Positions 36,164-48,700 of a stretch of 64,000 nt of DNA are shown here, one piece after another. This stretch comes from Camelus dromedarius (Eukaryota). A model generated the notes under the pieces. It did not search any database. It was not told where the DNA came from and saw nothing but the letters and a program-made list of their open reading frames with translations. Position 1 is the first letter of the stretch; each line of letters begins with the position of its first letter. The stretch is from positions 94,428,001 through 94,492,000 of the forward strand of contig NC_087437.1 of assembly GCF_036321535.1 (NCBI RefSeq), written 5' to 3'. The position numbers were made by a program, and so were the translations under genes.

Positions 36164-38138
36164 AAAAGAATTCATTTGAACCCTGGCTCACATCATATAC
36201 ACAAATTAACTCAAAATGTTTCAAACACCTAAATGTAAAAGCTAAAATTATGAAACTCTTAGAAGACAACAGGCATAAAATTTTTATGACCTTGGATTAG
36301 GCAAACATTTCTTAGATATAAGATAAAAAATATAAGCAACAAAAGATAAAATAGATAAACTGGACTTCACCAAAATGAAAACATTTAAGTTTCAAAGGAC
36401 ATCATCAAGAAACAAAACACACAATACACAGAATGAGAGAAAATATTTTCTAATTAAATATCTAATAACAGACTTGCATTCAGAATATATAAAACACTGT
36501 GGCTCAACATTAAAAAGAAAAACAATTCAATTAAAAGTGAGCAAAGAATTTGAATAATCTCCAAATATGATATTCCAGTGTCCAATAAACACATTAAAAT
36601 ATGCTTATCAGTAGTCATTAGGAAATGCAAATCAAAACCACAATGAGATACAATTCCACATGCATAAAGTGGGCAATAATAAAAACAATGAATGATAACT
36701 AGTATTGGTGAGAATATGGAGTAACTGGACCATCTTACACTGAATATAAAATGGTGCAACCACTTTTGAAAACAGTTCAACCGTTCTTCAGTGTTAAACA
36801 TAGCATTACCATATGTCTCAGCAATGCTACTCCTAGGTATATAGTCAAGAGAACTGAAAGCACATGTCCACACAAAAACTTGTACATGGATATTCATAGC
36901 AGTATTATTCACTATGGACAAACATTGGAAGCAACTGGAGTGTATGTTATTTTATGAATGGATAAACAAATCATAGTGTAGCCAAACATTGGAATATTAT
37001 TCAGCCATAAAAAAATGGAGTACTGATACACGATAGAAGGTGAATGAACCTTGAAAACCTGCTAGGTGAAAGAAGGCCAACACATGAGGCCACATTTTGT
37101 GATTAATTTATATGAATTGTCCAGAATAGATACATTCCTAGAGATAGAAAATAGAGAGTGATTTCCAGAAGCTGGGATCAAGGGGAATTGGGGAATGACT
37201 GCTAATGGCTATGAGGTTTTTTTTGTGATGATGAAGATGTTTTGTAATTAGATCATTGTGATGGTTTCCTAGGTTTGAGAATATACTAAAAATGACTGTG
37301 TTTTTAATTAAACTTTAAAAGGGTGAATTCATATTACGTTAGGTATCTTAATAAAAACAATATTCTTATCAGCTTAATTTTACTTTTGTATATTCTGATT
37401 ACAGAGTATACAATGTGAAATCAAATCAATATAATAAGGTCAAAATCTTGTTAGATTTTTGCTTTAAATCTTATGAAATAAAGGACTGTCAAACAAAAAT
37501 TTAAAAAACATCCATTATATTGGAATTTCATGAGGGATAGGAAAGGAATAGGGACAGGGACAGGGAGAAGGGAAACTTGCCATATCTCTCAGTTATTACA
37601 GAAACACAGTTCACATTGAATTTGGAGACATTAAACTATCACTTTTTGTCCATTTGAAATGCAAGGTTTTGTCGGTTTACCAAAGGATAGACTCAAACAT
37701 ATTAAATCATACTTTCATGTTAAATGATTAGATAAATAAATAGGACTGCACAGTATTTTTTAAACTATGACTGATATGTAAAAAAGTAGTTCTAAAACTA
37801 TTACTATATCCTATATATGCTTTTTACACTTACACATTTTGAATAAGATTATAATTTTGATTCTTAATTTCCTGACTCACTTCTTTGAAGGTGACTGTTT
37901 TGCAGCAACTTGAACCCGTTCTGAGCTTAGAATTATGTGACTTGATTTTATTTCCAGCTCTTTCATTGGCTAACTTCATAAACTTTTTGAAATATCTCCA
38001 TATTCTTTAAAAACCTTAAAAAATAAATGTAAGGGATTTAGTTATGCCCATGTAAGGGCAAGAAGTCATAAGCTAGTTCTATTTTTCTTCTTAATATTTA
38101 GAACCATTCAGTATAACCTTCCTGTGTAGTTTGGGATT

Positions 38139-38156
38139 TGTGTGTGTGTGTGTGTG
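38139..38156. repeat. (TG)n microsatellite
   Basis: tgtgtgtgtgtgtgtgtg. Confidence 0.9.
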
Positions 38157-39049
38157 AACAAGAAAAAGTAAGCCATCTTTGAGAGATGTACTTTTCTTAA
38201 ATTGACAATTGACATTAGAAGGAATAACAGAGATTTCTGTGCAAATGATGAAGAAAATGTCCATTTATTCCTGTATGGACTATTGCTGGATGAATTTGCT
38301 ATATGATCCTAGGACTCTGTGAGGTAGAATTGTGTCCACAATCTGTCTCCATTAATGCTCACTCCTATGAGCCATTTCCTGGTGAATTATACAGCCAGGA
38401 TAAAATCTGTGAGAGCAGAAATTTGAGAAAGCCTATGCCTTTATTGGAAATCATACACTGTTATTCACGTTTCATGTTAGGCAGCCACTGCCATTTTTCA
38501 AAGGCTGTGCTTTTAACTTTAATTTCAGAAAGTATATTAGTTGTGTCAGTTTTAGAGCTAAAAATGGTGATGCTTCAGGTATGAGAATTAGTGCATTGGG
38601 TTTTTTCATCCATAGAAAATAAGTTTCTGAAGAGTGATTATCTATCCTAGATGCCCTTTAGGAATGTGTCTGCTTAATTGAAGATATAGTATTAGTTATT
38701 ATTTATTGGATGGAAACAGCAGAATATTCAATGCCTGGAGCAGAGATTTACTTTTAAGAAAGAAAATCACATTTTCTTTGATTGGTCCCTGTTCTGCTAA
38801 ATGCTTAGAATATAAACGCCCCTAAGTTTGAATTTTAAAGTACTGTTAGGGTAAAAGTGACTTTAATGTGCTGTAACAATATAATAGAAGAAAAATTATT
38901 CATGTTTTACTTCCAGCAGGCACACAGATGTAATTAAATAAAAATATTTCGTAAGGTAACATACTGTTCTTGAGAAAGTGAAGATGTGTTTTCATGATTT
39001 TGAATGATAACCTTCACCATCCCCCAGGAGTTTCCTTATACATTTGAAA

Positions 39050-40980
39050 GTGTCACGAGGAAGCCCAGTGCCCATGGAATAAGTCTGCCCAGTCTCCAGG
39101 CCTCCATGTCTCCTTTGAAAGGGTTTTGGGCTTCAAACATGCACTTTCCCTGACTTCCCTACCTTGCCACTTCTTTCTGCCGCAAGATCAGCAGAATGAG
39201 TCTGATTGTGTCCTTTATCCCTCTTGGTGCCAGTTAACACCCAGATTCCATGCCCCCATTGTTTTTTCACTCTTTAAATGCCACATGGCTTCATATTTTC
39301 CTACTCTACCCCTAACTCCCACTCATTTCCAACTTATAGATTTCTTCATAGTGGCCTCCGACGCTTACTCCCCATTGTCACCAGGATTCTCTAAAAGACC
39401 GTTTTCCTTTCTGGCTGTAATTAAAATCTGGGTATTTCCTGAGGTCATTAAAATGGGCTGTGCCTGTTTTCAGTCCTACACCCCTCCTGTCACTGAGCTT
39501 GAAGGCAGTATGGGAGTCTTCCTTACTATTCTTTGTCACTTTTAAAGCCATTCCTATCCATATCTTTGAACTGCATGTGTTCAAAATAGCTACTGCTCCT
39601 TTATCAGTTATCTCTTAATCCTCTTCCTTCTTGAAGATTTTAGTGTTCTCACTGTCAGTCACTTTCATACTGCCCCATCTCTAACCTGAGTGATTCTGGT
39701 ATCCACAAAAGCAAGGGACTCTTGATATACTGTCCTCTCAATTTCTTGAATTCATCTCCTGCAAGGATCTTGCTTGTGCTGCACCCAAAAATTATCTTCC
39801 AGTCATTACCAATAACTAATTCAACAGCCTCAACTTCAAGCATCCCACTCTCTGACCACCACTTATACCATTCCCACCTCACTTTCCCTGGCATCTGAAG
39901 TCCATAAAATCTTTGACCCCCACAGATCTCATAATTTTTCTTTTAAAAGTTTTCACCCTCCTCATCCTTGTGCATTGCTTCTCTCATTGAGTAGGTTATT
40001 TTCTGCGGCTCATCATTAAAATGCATACACTCTCAACTCCTTTTTCCCTCTTTCTTCCTTGCACATGGTCTTGGAAAAACTATGGCCTTGTTAAATACAA
40101 TGTTCCCCTTCTTTATACCAGTTGAACATGACTGGGAAAGCACACATAATCCAGTTATAATTGTGTCCCATTTACTTTATTATTTTTAATATGATGTAAG
40201 CACTTTATGCTGATTGAAAATCATAATTATTTCTATAGCTCATTTACCCTATTTTTCTGTTCTATTTTGTGTCTTTCCCCCTCTTATCCAGTGCTTCATA
40301 TCTCTTATTCAATTTCAGATATTAATCTTGTTTTATATGAAGCAATCAGGCAAAATATCCACCACATTTCCCCACTCAACCAGCACTCACCAGCACATCT
40401 ATGCATGTATCAATATCTGTTTCTTTGTTCTTTGACATTCTTTCTGTTAAACAGATTATCTATCCACATGTGGTAGTCATTACTACTGTCTTCCAAGGAT
40501 TGAGGTTATTTTGCCTTCTGAGCACATGATGACTTTGCATAATCCTTTAGGGTTGGGTGGGTCCATGAGTTAGTTCTGGCCGATGAACTGAGAATGAAAA
40601 TCATATGTCCCATTCCTAGACCAGATCACTTAATGACAGTGGAAGTTCTGGGAGATCTCTTTTCATCCCTTGGAGAGAGGGATGTTCTAAGTAATGGCTA
40701 TTCTGGGAGTATAGTCATGATGAAGACAGAATCTCTGTCCAGCTAATGTTTAACATATAGCACAGGGAAGAAATAACCTTTTTCATTTTAAGCCACTAGA
40801 ATTTTGGGGTTGTCTGAAGCAAAGCATAACCTATGCTAAATGGATAGCCATGATTTTTTCTAATTGCAAGCACTGCATGTTTTAGATCCATTCCATTACA
40901 CTCAAGAGTATCAGCAAACTTCCCGTTGATATCCTGCATTATCATTTTTACTTTTCTCTACTAATGAATTATTCCCATAA
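39050..40980 (+). mobile_element. L2 LINE internal (ORF2-derived) fragment, interrupted by MLT1
   Basis: ctcttccttcttgaagattttagt, aagcatcccactctctgaccaccac, actctcaactcc, ttttagatccattcc. Confidence 0.7.
40469..40848 (+). mobile_element. MaLR solo LTR (MLT1I-like)
   Basis: Starts tgtggtagtcatt; ccatgagttagttctggccgatga; ends gaaataacc...ttaagccactagaattttggggttgt...agcataaccta. Confidence 0.8.
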
Positions 40981-40999
40981 AACTTACAGTTTATGTTAG

Positions 41000-43100
41000 A
41001 AGAATCTTCTTTGTTGTTCCTCATTCTTGACAGTTATCTCCAATAGAGACAGAATTCTTGCTGGGTACGGATGCACTCTTAGCATGTTGAAAATGTGATT
41101 CCACTTTCATCTGGCTTCCTTTCCTGCTGCTGAGAAATTGACCAACAATTTAACATTCTTTGACACTAATCTGTCTTTTGTCTCTGGCACCTGTTAGCAA
41201 CTGTTTGACTTTAGTGTGCTGAGCTATCAACATGCTATGACTAAGTTTGGATTCCTTTCATTACTAATTGAAAACTTGTCATATTTTTGGTATTTTTTAT
41301 CATTTCTGAAAATTTTCAAGGTATTCCACGATTAAACAATACCTCCGTCCAAATTTCTATTTCCTGTTGATTTGGAACTCCAAATAGATTTACTGTAAAT
41401 TTCCTTACTCTGACTGTCCTGACTGTTGACATAGGTTTATGTTTTCAAAATCTTTATCTTTTATTTTGCACTTTGGATAATGTAAAGTGGTTATTATCCT
41501 TTGGTAGTCATTGCTTGTACTTTCTGTTTTCAAATCTGTTTTTTACTTCAATGGCTATTGTTTTGTTAATTTCTAGAAGTTTTACGTGGGCTTTAAAAGA
41601 ATCTTCTTGGCAATTCTGTATTCTATGCTGCTTGCTCAAATTTTTATTATTTTTTAGTCCTTAAAAGATTCTGAAATCTTAACTGTTAATTTAAATATCT
41701 GCAGTTTCTGCTTATTCTCAATCAAGGTGCCTTTTCTGTGTGTGTGTGTCTGTGTGTGTGTATGTGTGTGTGTTGTTTAATTTTAGGACTGTTTTCTTGA
41801 ATTGATTTTAATTTTATGTGGAAGTTCTTTGAGGCTAGAAATTAAGATGTTTAACAAAATATTAATATTTGTTTCTACCATATACTCATGAAGATTAACA
41901 GCTCAGAAAACCTTTAAACCAATTTACATGCCTGAAGTTTTGCTGACTATCAGGTAGTGTCCATTTGGTTTAAACACAACGTACGACTTTCTCTTGTAGT
42001 TTGCGATCAGGAAATCTCATGAAATATATTTCCTACTCCATTCATCAATAACTTTGAAAAAGAATATTTTGCTTCAGATGCCTTGCAAGGTGGAGTTAAT
42101 TTCTAATTCACTCTTTTGTTAAGAGTAGTTCTTCACAATCCAGCACTTGTGAAGCATTTCCTGCAAAGTTTGTAGCCTTTGACAGACACTGGAGTTTCTT
42201 TAGCTTCCCTCAGGCCTGTAGAATAAAATTGAAAACCAAAATCAAGTTCACAAATTTTAGCAAAAACTTTCAATGCAAAAGCTAAATTCACTGTTTCCTT
42301 GCATATCTGAGGGTCTCACTTTCTCTTGCCTTATATGCTTAATTTTACTTAATCTTTTATTGTGTCTTTTTATTCGATTTTTATCTTCTACCACTAGTGT
42401 GGTTTTATAGCTTTCTTTTTGTATTTTTCATTATTCATGATTAATGTATTTCAATACTCTGTTCAATGCTGCAAAAAGTCTGTTATAGATTGTCCATTAA
42501 TACATTTATCAATATAAAATATCTGTTGATTCCAATTTATCCTGATTCTAGATTGTTTACTATTAATATTACCACTCATGATTACTACTTGTAAGCATTT
42601 ACCTTGTATGTATTTTCCACCTTTTACTTTGAAAGTTGTGTTTTCATCAGTTTTATTTCTTGTAAGAAGTATTAACCCAAGATTTGTGTTTGGTGTTTGA
42701 TACTGATGTAAATACTACTTTTATAAGAAATTTAACCATTTTATAGTTATTTAATAAATTACATGTATGGGTTTATTTATGCTATTTTCTATTTGATGTG
42801 TCGTGTTTCCTATTCACCATCCTTTTTTCCTTAGTTTTGCTAGATTGAGCTGTTTGTCTTAATATAGTTGTTGTTTTTGTTCCAATTGTTTGGACAGCCT
42901 GAACGCTATTTTTAGTTATAAATTTGCACTTATAAATTTGACATACATATATGTTCATGTCTATTATACCAATTCAAGTAAAAGTAATCCATATCTATAA
43001 TAAGTTTCTTAACATGACAAGATTTTAGTATACTTTAACTTTTGCTCTCCCTCTTACATTTCCCTTCACCAACACTCAGTTACGTAATTACCTCTCTTTT
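41000..43100 (-). mobile_element. Old L1M/HAL1-like fragments
   Basis: agaattcttgctggg...ttccactttcatctggcttcc...gctgagaa; later tttcttgtaag...aaatttaaccatttt; includes a (TG)n tract at ~41737-41772. Confidence 0.6.
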
Positions 43101-43494
43101 ACTTATAATAAATGTTATTTATCAAGATAAAGTGCAAATGTCCCCCGTTAAATATAGTGCTTTCACTAATTATCCTAAGGCCTAAGAATTTATTTCTACA
43201 AAGCTTACAATGTCAAAAATAATCTGTAAAATCTCTATGATACTATGTGTAGGATTGTGTATTTTTATATTGAAATTTGATTGGTAGCAACATCACATAA
43301 GATGCCGTATCTTTCTTTTTTTTTTTACCATGATGACAAGTACCATAATTTGGTATCATTATCAAAAGACAGATTAATCAGTTGTAATAGGTGATTATTT
43401 AATTTTGCTAATTAGTTCCCATCCCCAATAGGAATGGAGAGTCATACATCTTTGGCTCCTTTCATTGCCAAATTATGGATTACAACACAGTAAC

Positions 43495-44100
43495 AATACT
43501 ACTAATATCAACAGCTGGTTTTTGGGAATACCTAATATGCTGAGCCCTTTAATAGACATTTTTAGAATTAAACCCTATACTTGCGGGGAAGAGGCCATGT
43601 TGAGAGACCAGTGTGACGAGATACTGAGGGCAGCCTTCAAACAATAGGTGGCATGAAGCCTCAAGGAAATACACCCTTTCCAACAACTTGAGTGAAACTG
43701 GAAGCATATTATCCCTCAGCTGAGCCTCTAGATTAACCTGTCAAATGCTTTGAATGAAGCCTTGTGAGACCCTAAGCTGAGGATATAACTAAGCTGTCCC
43801 TGGATTCCAGACCCATAGGCACTCTGAGATAATAAAACATTTGTTTTAAGCAGCAAACTTTGTGGTAATTTGTTACACAGCAGTAGGGCAACAATACAGT
43901 ATGTATTAGTTTCATTAATTCTCACAACAACCCAGTGAGGTCAGAGCTATCGGTAGACCTACTTTGTAGTTGCATTAACGAAGGTGTAGAAAACATTAAA
44001 CTACTTTCCCAAAGTCACCAAGGCAATTATGACAAAATGGGAATTTAAATCTTCTTGGTCCATCGTCATAGTTTGCCTTCTTTCCCATGACAATACTATA
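43495..44100 (-). mobile_element. MIR SINE split by an MLT1 LTR
   Basis: gaatacctaatatgctgag before the insert; tcattaattctcacaacaacccagtgagg...cccaaagtcac...gggaatttaaatc after it. Confidence 0.7.
43575..43898 (+). mobile_element. MaLR LTR 3' half (MLT1E/F-like)
   Basis: ccaacaacttgagtga...gccttgtgagaccctaagc...tgtggtaatttgttacacagcagtagggcaacaataca. Confidence 0.85.
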
Positions 44101-45119
44101 CAGGCTCTGATTTTTTTATTTAAACCTTTTTTATAAATATCAAAAGAAGATTTAGTTAACATTTTCCACTGATTGGTATTAGTCACCAGTGACTACAGTT
44201 CTGTAAGATTCAACATTCTTTATCCCCATTTTTTCAGCAATCAAGAGGAATAACTTTAAAATATTAATTACTAGTTATCCCTGTGCTTTCTGCATCAGAT
44301 CCCTCTCTGTTCAGCAGTGCTGATCATTCACGTATAGATTGTTCAGATCACCTTGCTATTTTTCTTTAGCCTCCAGCTACCTGCCATTTTGTCATTTGTC
44401 TTCTCCCTTGGAAGCTGTCCAAGTTCATAGAGAGGAGGGGAAGCTCAAACGGATCTTAATAGCAGCTCTTGTTAATGCAGCTGTGAGGGAAGAGTGAGCA
44501 ACTATTGTCTGACATCTATATCGTCTGTGAATTTCAATTATCCATGCTATCCCCACCCCTCATTAAACTCAGTAATTGAGAGTTGGATTCAATGTATCTT
44601 AGAGAGATTTTGCATTTTTGAATATTTATCACTAAGCTAATATAAGTATATAAAATTTCAAGGCAAACATATATATCAAAGAAAATGCTCATTTACTTTT
44701 GTTTCATCCCAATTCCTGTGGGATGTACAGGCTCATACACACATACTGGTAGTACTCTAATGACCAAATGCACTTTTAATGTGGTTTCCCACAGACACTT
44801 GAAATTTTGGCTCAGATCTGAGATCATTAAATAGCTGTAATGATAGCAACAGAAGCACCATGCTTGACCAAATGCAAACATAATTAGAATTTAAATGTCA
44901 GTTTCATCTTTTTGTTATATAATTTTCAGCAGGAATTAATTTAAAAGTATTATCATATCAAAATTATATAATATACTGTTGTATCCCTGTGAATTACCTG
45001 TTTTTTCCCCAACTTTTAGCATTGTTTTGATTGATATTTCTTTTCTGTAAATATAGAGAAATGCATACATGGATATAGATAGGTAAGCTGTATTTTTGGT
45101 ACAATTTCAGAATGTAGTG

Positions 45120-45440
45120 CAGAAGTGTTACCTTGTACAAAGAATATAGGATATTCCTTAAATGACTGTCTAGAAAATGAAATAGTTACCTACAGATAAA
45201 GTGAATCCAAATTTCATTTTGCTTTGTGCAAAATTATAAGTTTTCCAATTATAAGAGATTATATTCAGAATGAACTTTCTGGAGGGGGTCAGAGAAGGGG
45301 AGCAAAAAACAAAGCAACACATGGAAAATATAGTTTTCATCTTAGTGTGGTACAATTATGGGTTATTTTACTTTTCATTTTTTGTATTTCTCCATTTTCC
45401 AAAATTCTTGCAGCAAACATTAATTTCTAAAATAAAAATA
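45120..45440 (+). mobile_element. Old L1ME-like 3' UTR end
   Basis: ttatgggttattttacttttc...tatttctccattttccaaaattcttgcagcaaacat...ataaaa. Confidence 0.5.
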
Positions 45441-45539
45441 CTATTTTAAAAGACAGTATGAGAGTCAAAGTGGATTGCTGGCTTAATAATATTAATTGCT
45501 TTCATGTATTGCAAACAGTCAAGTATTGGACTTAATATT

Positions 45540-45720
45540 AATTGCTTTACAAACATTACACAATTTCCACCCTCTCAGGAGCTCTGTAAGGTCATTTCTA
45601 TTCTCAATTGAGGAAACTGAGGCTTAAAATATTTTAAATAACCTGCTAAATTCCCAGAGCTGTCAGTCTCAGTTGTATATTCGTAGTTACTCTGAATCCT
45701 TAGTAGAAATTTTAGCCACT
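45540..45720 (-). mobile_element. MIR SINE
   Basis: gaggaaactgaggcttaaa...taaataacctgc core. Confidence 0.75.
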
Positions 45721-48700
45721 TGCTGATCGTTTCATAAAATATTAGTACTCTATTTTCAGGAAAAAAGTGGATTATTGTGTGATTTTTGTTTATTAGTGAC
45801 GGAAAGGACTTTCTGGGGTTTTTGATTTGTAGCTACTGACTCCTTGTGAAGAAAATTTTAATTTGGTTGGTCATAAAGGCTTCCCCTATAGGAAAAATTG
45901 AAAATAAGGAGAGTTTTCTGTCTCTCTTTAGAGCTGAATTTGTGGTAATCCAATGACTGGTGTGTCTCTCATAGAGTGCAATGGTGTCGTCAGCCCCTGA
46001 AGGGGACTTGACTTACTTAGGAAAACTATAAATATCTTCAAATACAGGAAATGTGACTGCTGTTAGCAAGAGACTTTGTCTCAGAAATAGTTAAAATTAA
46101 AAAAGCCAAAAATGCCTCAGACCAAGAAAACCTTAATTGTTGCTCTTTGCAAATAAAGAACAACTTTTCAGCCAAATGTAATTTCCAGAAACAAAGCCCA
46201 TTCATTGCTTTCTCTAAACACTCAACTACTTTGCTTCCTAAAACAGGGACTCTAGACTAAAAAGAAATTTGGCTGGAACCGTAACCTAAACAAATCGAAC
46301 TTGTACTGACACTAAGCATGCTCATTGTCACTCAAGTTGAATCCAGCCTGTATCCATTATTTACCCACAATACCTGACCTGTGTTAGCAGTTCTAGAACA
46401 TTAAATCTCTCACATGTTTTAATGCGTTAATTACAGCCTAAAATTTTTACATGCATACCCACATGCATACAAACTATTCATATTTTATCTTCAAGGGAAT
46501 TCTTGATGAACTTATATAAATTATTACTGCACGATTAAAACAAAATTATCCCTAATTGTTAAATCAGCCATTTAGCACCAATATTAAGTAAGAAATGGAA
46601 AGTTGTTACATGACACAACAAATTAAAAAAAAAAGGCTTTGTTTCTGAAAATAATCCCATCACTTTTTCCTTTATGTAAAGCGACTGGCTTTCGGGCAAA
46701 TTGGAAATAGGACTAGAGGAAGGAATATTCTTTGAAGTTACGAATGCCCACAAGCATCAGCAGCTGTGACGACCAGTAATGAAGCACTTGGCCGTCGCTT
46801 GGCATTGCCTGCTACTGAGGGGATTTTCTTACAAAAGATCAGCTATTTGATGAGTGCCACAGGCTATCACTTTGACTTCCCCATATTGGCATCTACATGC
46901 TGTTGCCACTGATGTTCTAGCTTCCACATGGCACCGTGCCCTTCTCACAGATGGGCCTAGGTGTTGGCATGGCACAGAGACGACATTATCATTACAGTCA
47001 AGTGTTAGGAGCTAGATTTCTTTCCTTGCATGTCAAATTACAACTTATGAGGTAACTTCATCCTTGTGAGGAATAATAGTAGGCATTACTCAGGGTTTCA
47101 TACTGATGGAAGGGTATCTTGGGCAACAACTATAGAATGACTAATAAGATATATTCTTATGTCCCTAAGATGTAAAGTATAATAATAGAATGGAATGATC
47201 CCAAGGTCCATCTTTCAGTTAAAAAATAAATAAAAAGGGTTTAATCTAATCTGAAGTGTATCCTATGTGCTTTAATTTCAAGACTTACTAGAATGCACAT
47301 CTTTCTTCAGTGAAATGAAATCTAAGAATTAAACTCATTGGGTAAGTTAGTAAACACTGGGTAAAGTATGTTAGAATTCTGTCAAAAGGCAGAGGGAGAT
47401 AAACTAGTTTTTCAACTAAAGACTAAACAAAGACTTTAACTCAAATAGTCTTCATAGGTTGGCTGGGAGAACATTGTCCTAAGTCGTGTTTCATTGAGTG
47501 AAGAGTGCCTCAGCTGTGCCACTGGGAAGGTTAAAAGGTGTGAGTGTGTGTGCCTTTTAAGTGAGCAGAGTAAATGAAAGCGAACAATTTGGTCGGAAAT
47601 TTGGCTTACTGTGCACACTGGGCTTTATTGTGGTGTTGCCAGCCTCTCTGAATGAAAATACAAGGGTGAATTAAACAGCTTTATGAACTCGCGAGGGGAA
47701 CAGTTGTTCTGGTGGCTTTCATACAAATGTCTAATTAATTCTTGAAGTAACCCAAATTGTTCTTTTGTGATCTGTGAATGAGAATCTAAGAGAAAACCTA
47801 TGCAATAGAAAGTTAAGTGAAAAGGAAACAGCGATTTCATGATTAGCTTACAGTTCACAGTTTTGGGACCAGCATAATTTAGTTATTTTCCTCATTAATA
47901 TTACATTACCTAACTAATGAAACATTTGGGTGAATACATTATGAGAAATAAAGGCATTAATTTTATCTTTCTGAACACTCAGGAATGCTAATTGGCATCT
48001 GTCATTGTTTACCATATATATTTATACATGAAAATTAAGAACAAATATAGAACACACAGATGATTTTAAATACTGCCAGTACAATACACATCAGTACTTT
48101 GTATACATTTTCTGTACTTTGATATTATGACAAACTTAAGAAACATAACCATATATAAATTGTATTTCCATTTAAATTCAACTTCCATTTTAGTTCTAAC
48201 TATATTTTGATTGTTTTAATATTAACCATAACTTTCTGTTAGAAATAAATACCATTGTTTCATGGACCCACTCAATGTAACATGAACAGTACACGTGTAA
48301 ACTAATTTTAAGCATGAACTATGTAAATTTGCCAAACTCTGGATGAGTTCCAGCTTTTATAAATTATCCTGTTTCAATATGTTCAAAGGAAGAATTTAGA
48401 AAAAAAGACTCCTGTGAAAATTTTATCAGAGATTCTGATTTATTTCAGGAAGTCTCTGTGTTTTAGTCTCTCTCACAGCTGCAGTACCTCTCTTCTACGG
48501 AGATTTCTATTTAAAGGAGAAATTATTGCTACATTTTCCTTGGTCCCCTTATTGTAATATTCCATTACATTCATAGCAAACTCAAACATATTATATTTAA
48601 CCTTTTTAAAAAAATAATTTATGTAATTAATTGCCTATCACCAAGTGAGCATGGGTTACAGCTGCTAACAGTATACACGTATCAGTATCTCATTTCTATA

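Larger units (their letters stand above)
34880..37360 (+). mobile_element. Old L1 (L1MB-like): 5'UTR-like segment, ORF1 fragment, ORF2 3' part and 3'UTR; internally deleted, with two younger inserts
   Basis: ORF2 motifs gctacaataatcaag, caacaaatggtgctggg, ggaaatgcaaatcaaaaccacaatgagatac; 3'UTR to aaagggtgaattc...aataaa; ORFs 36375-36557 and 36751-36957 are decayed ORF2 frames. Confidence 0.8.

Noticed and set aside
36454..36921. Longest ORF in the track (155 aa, minus strand)
   Set aside because: Antisense reading of decayed L1 ORF2 sequence; a common spurious ORF type
39126..39545. 139-aa plus-strand ORF
   Set aside because: Lies in decayed L2 sequence, non-ATG start, no recognisable intact domain
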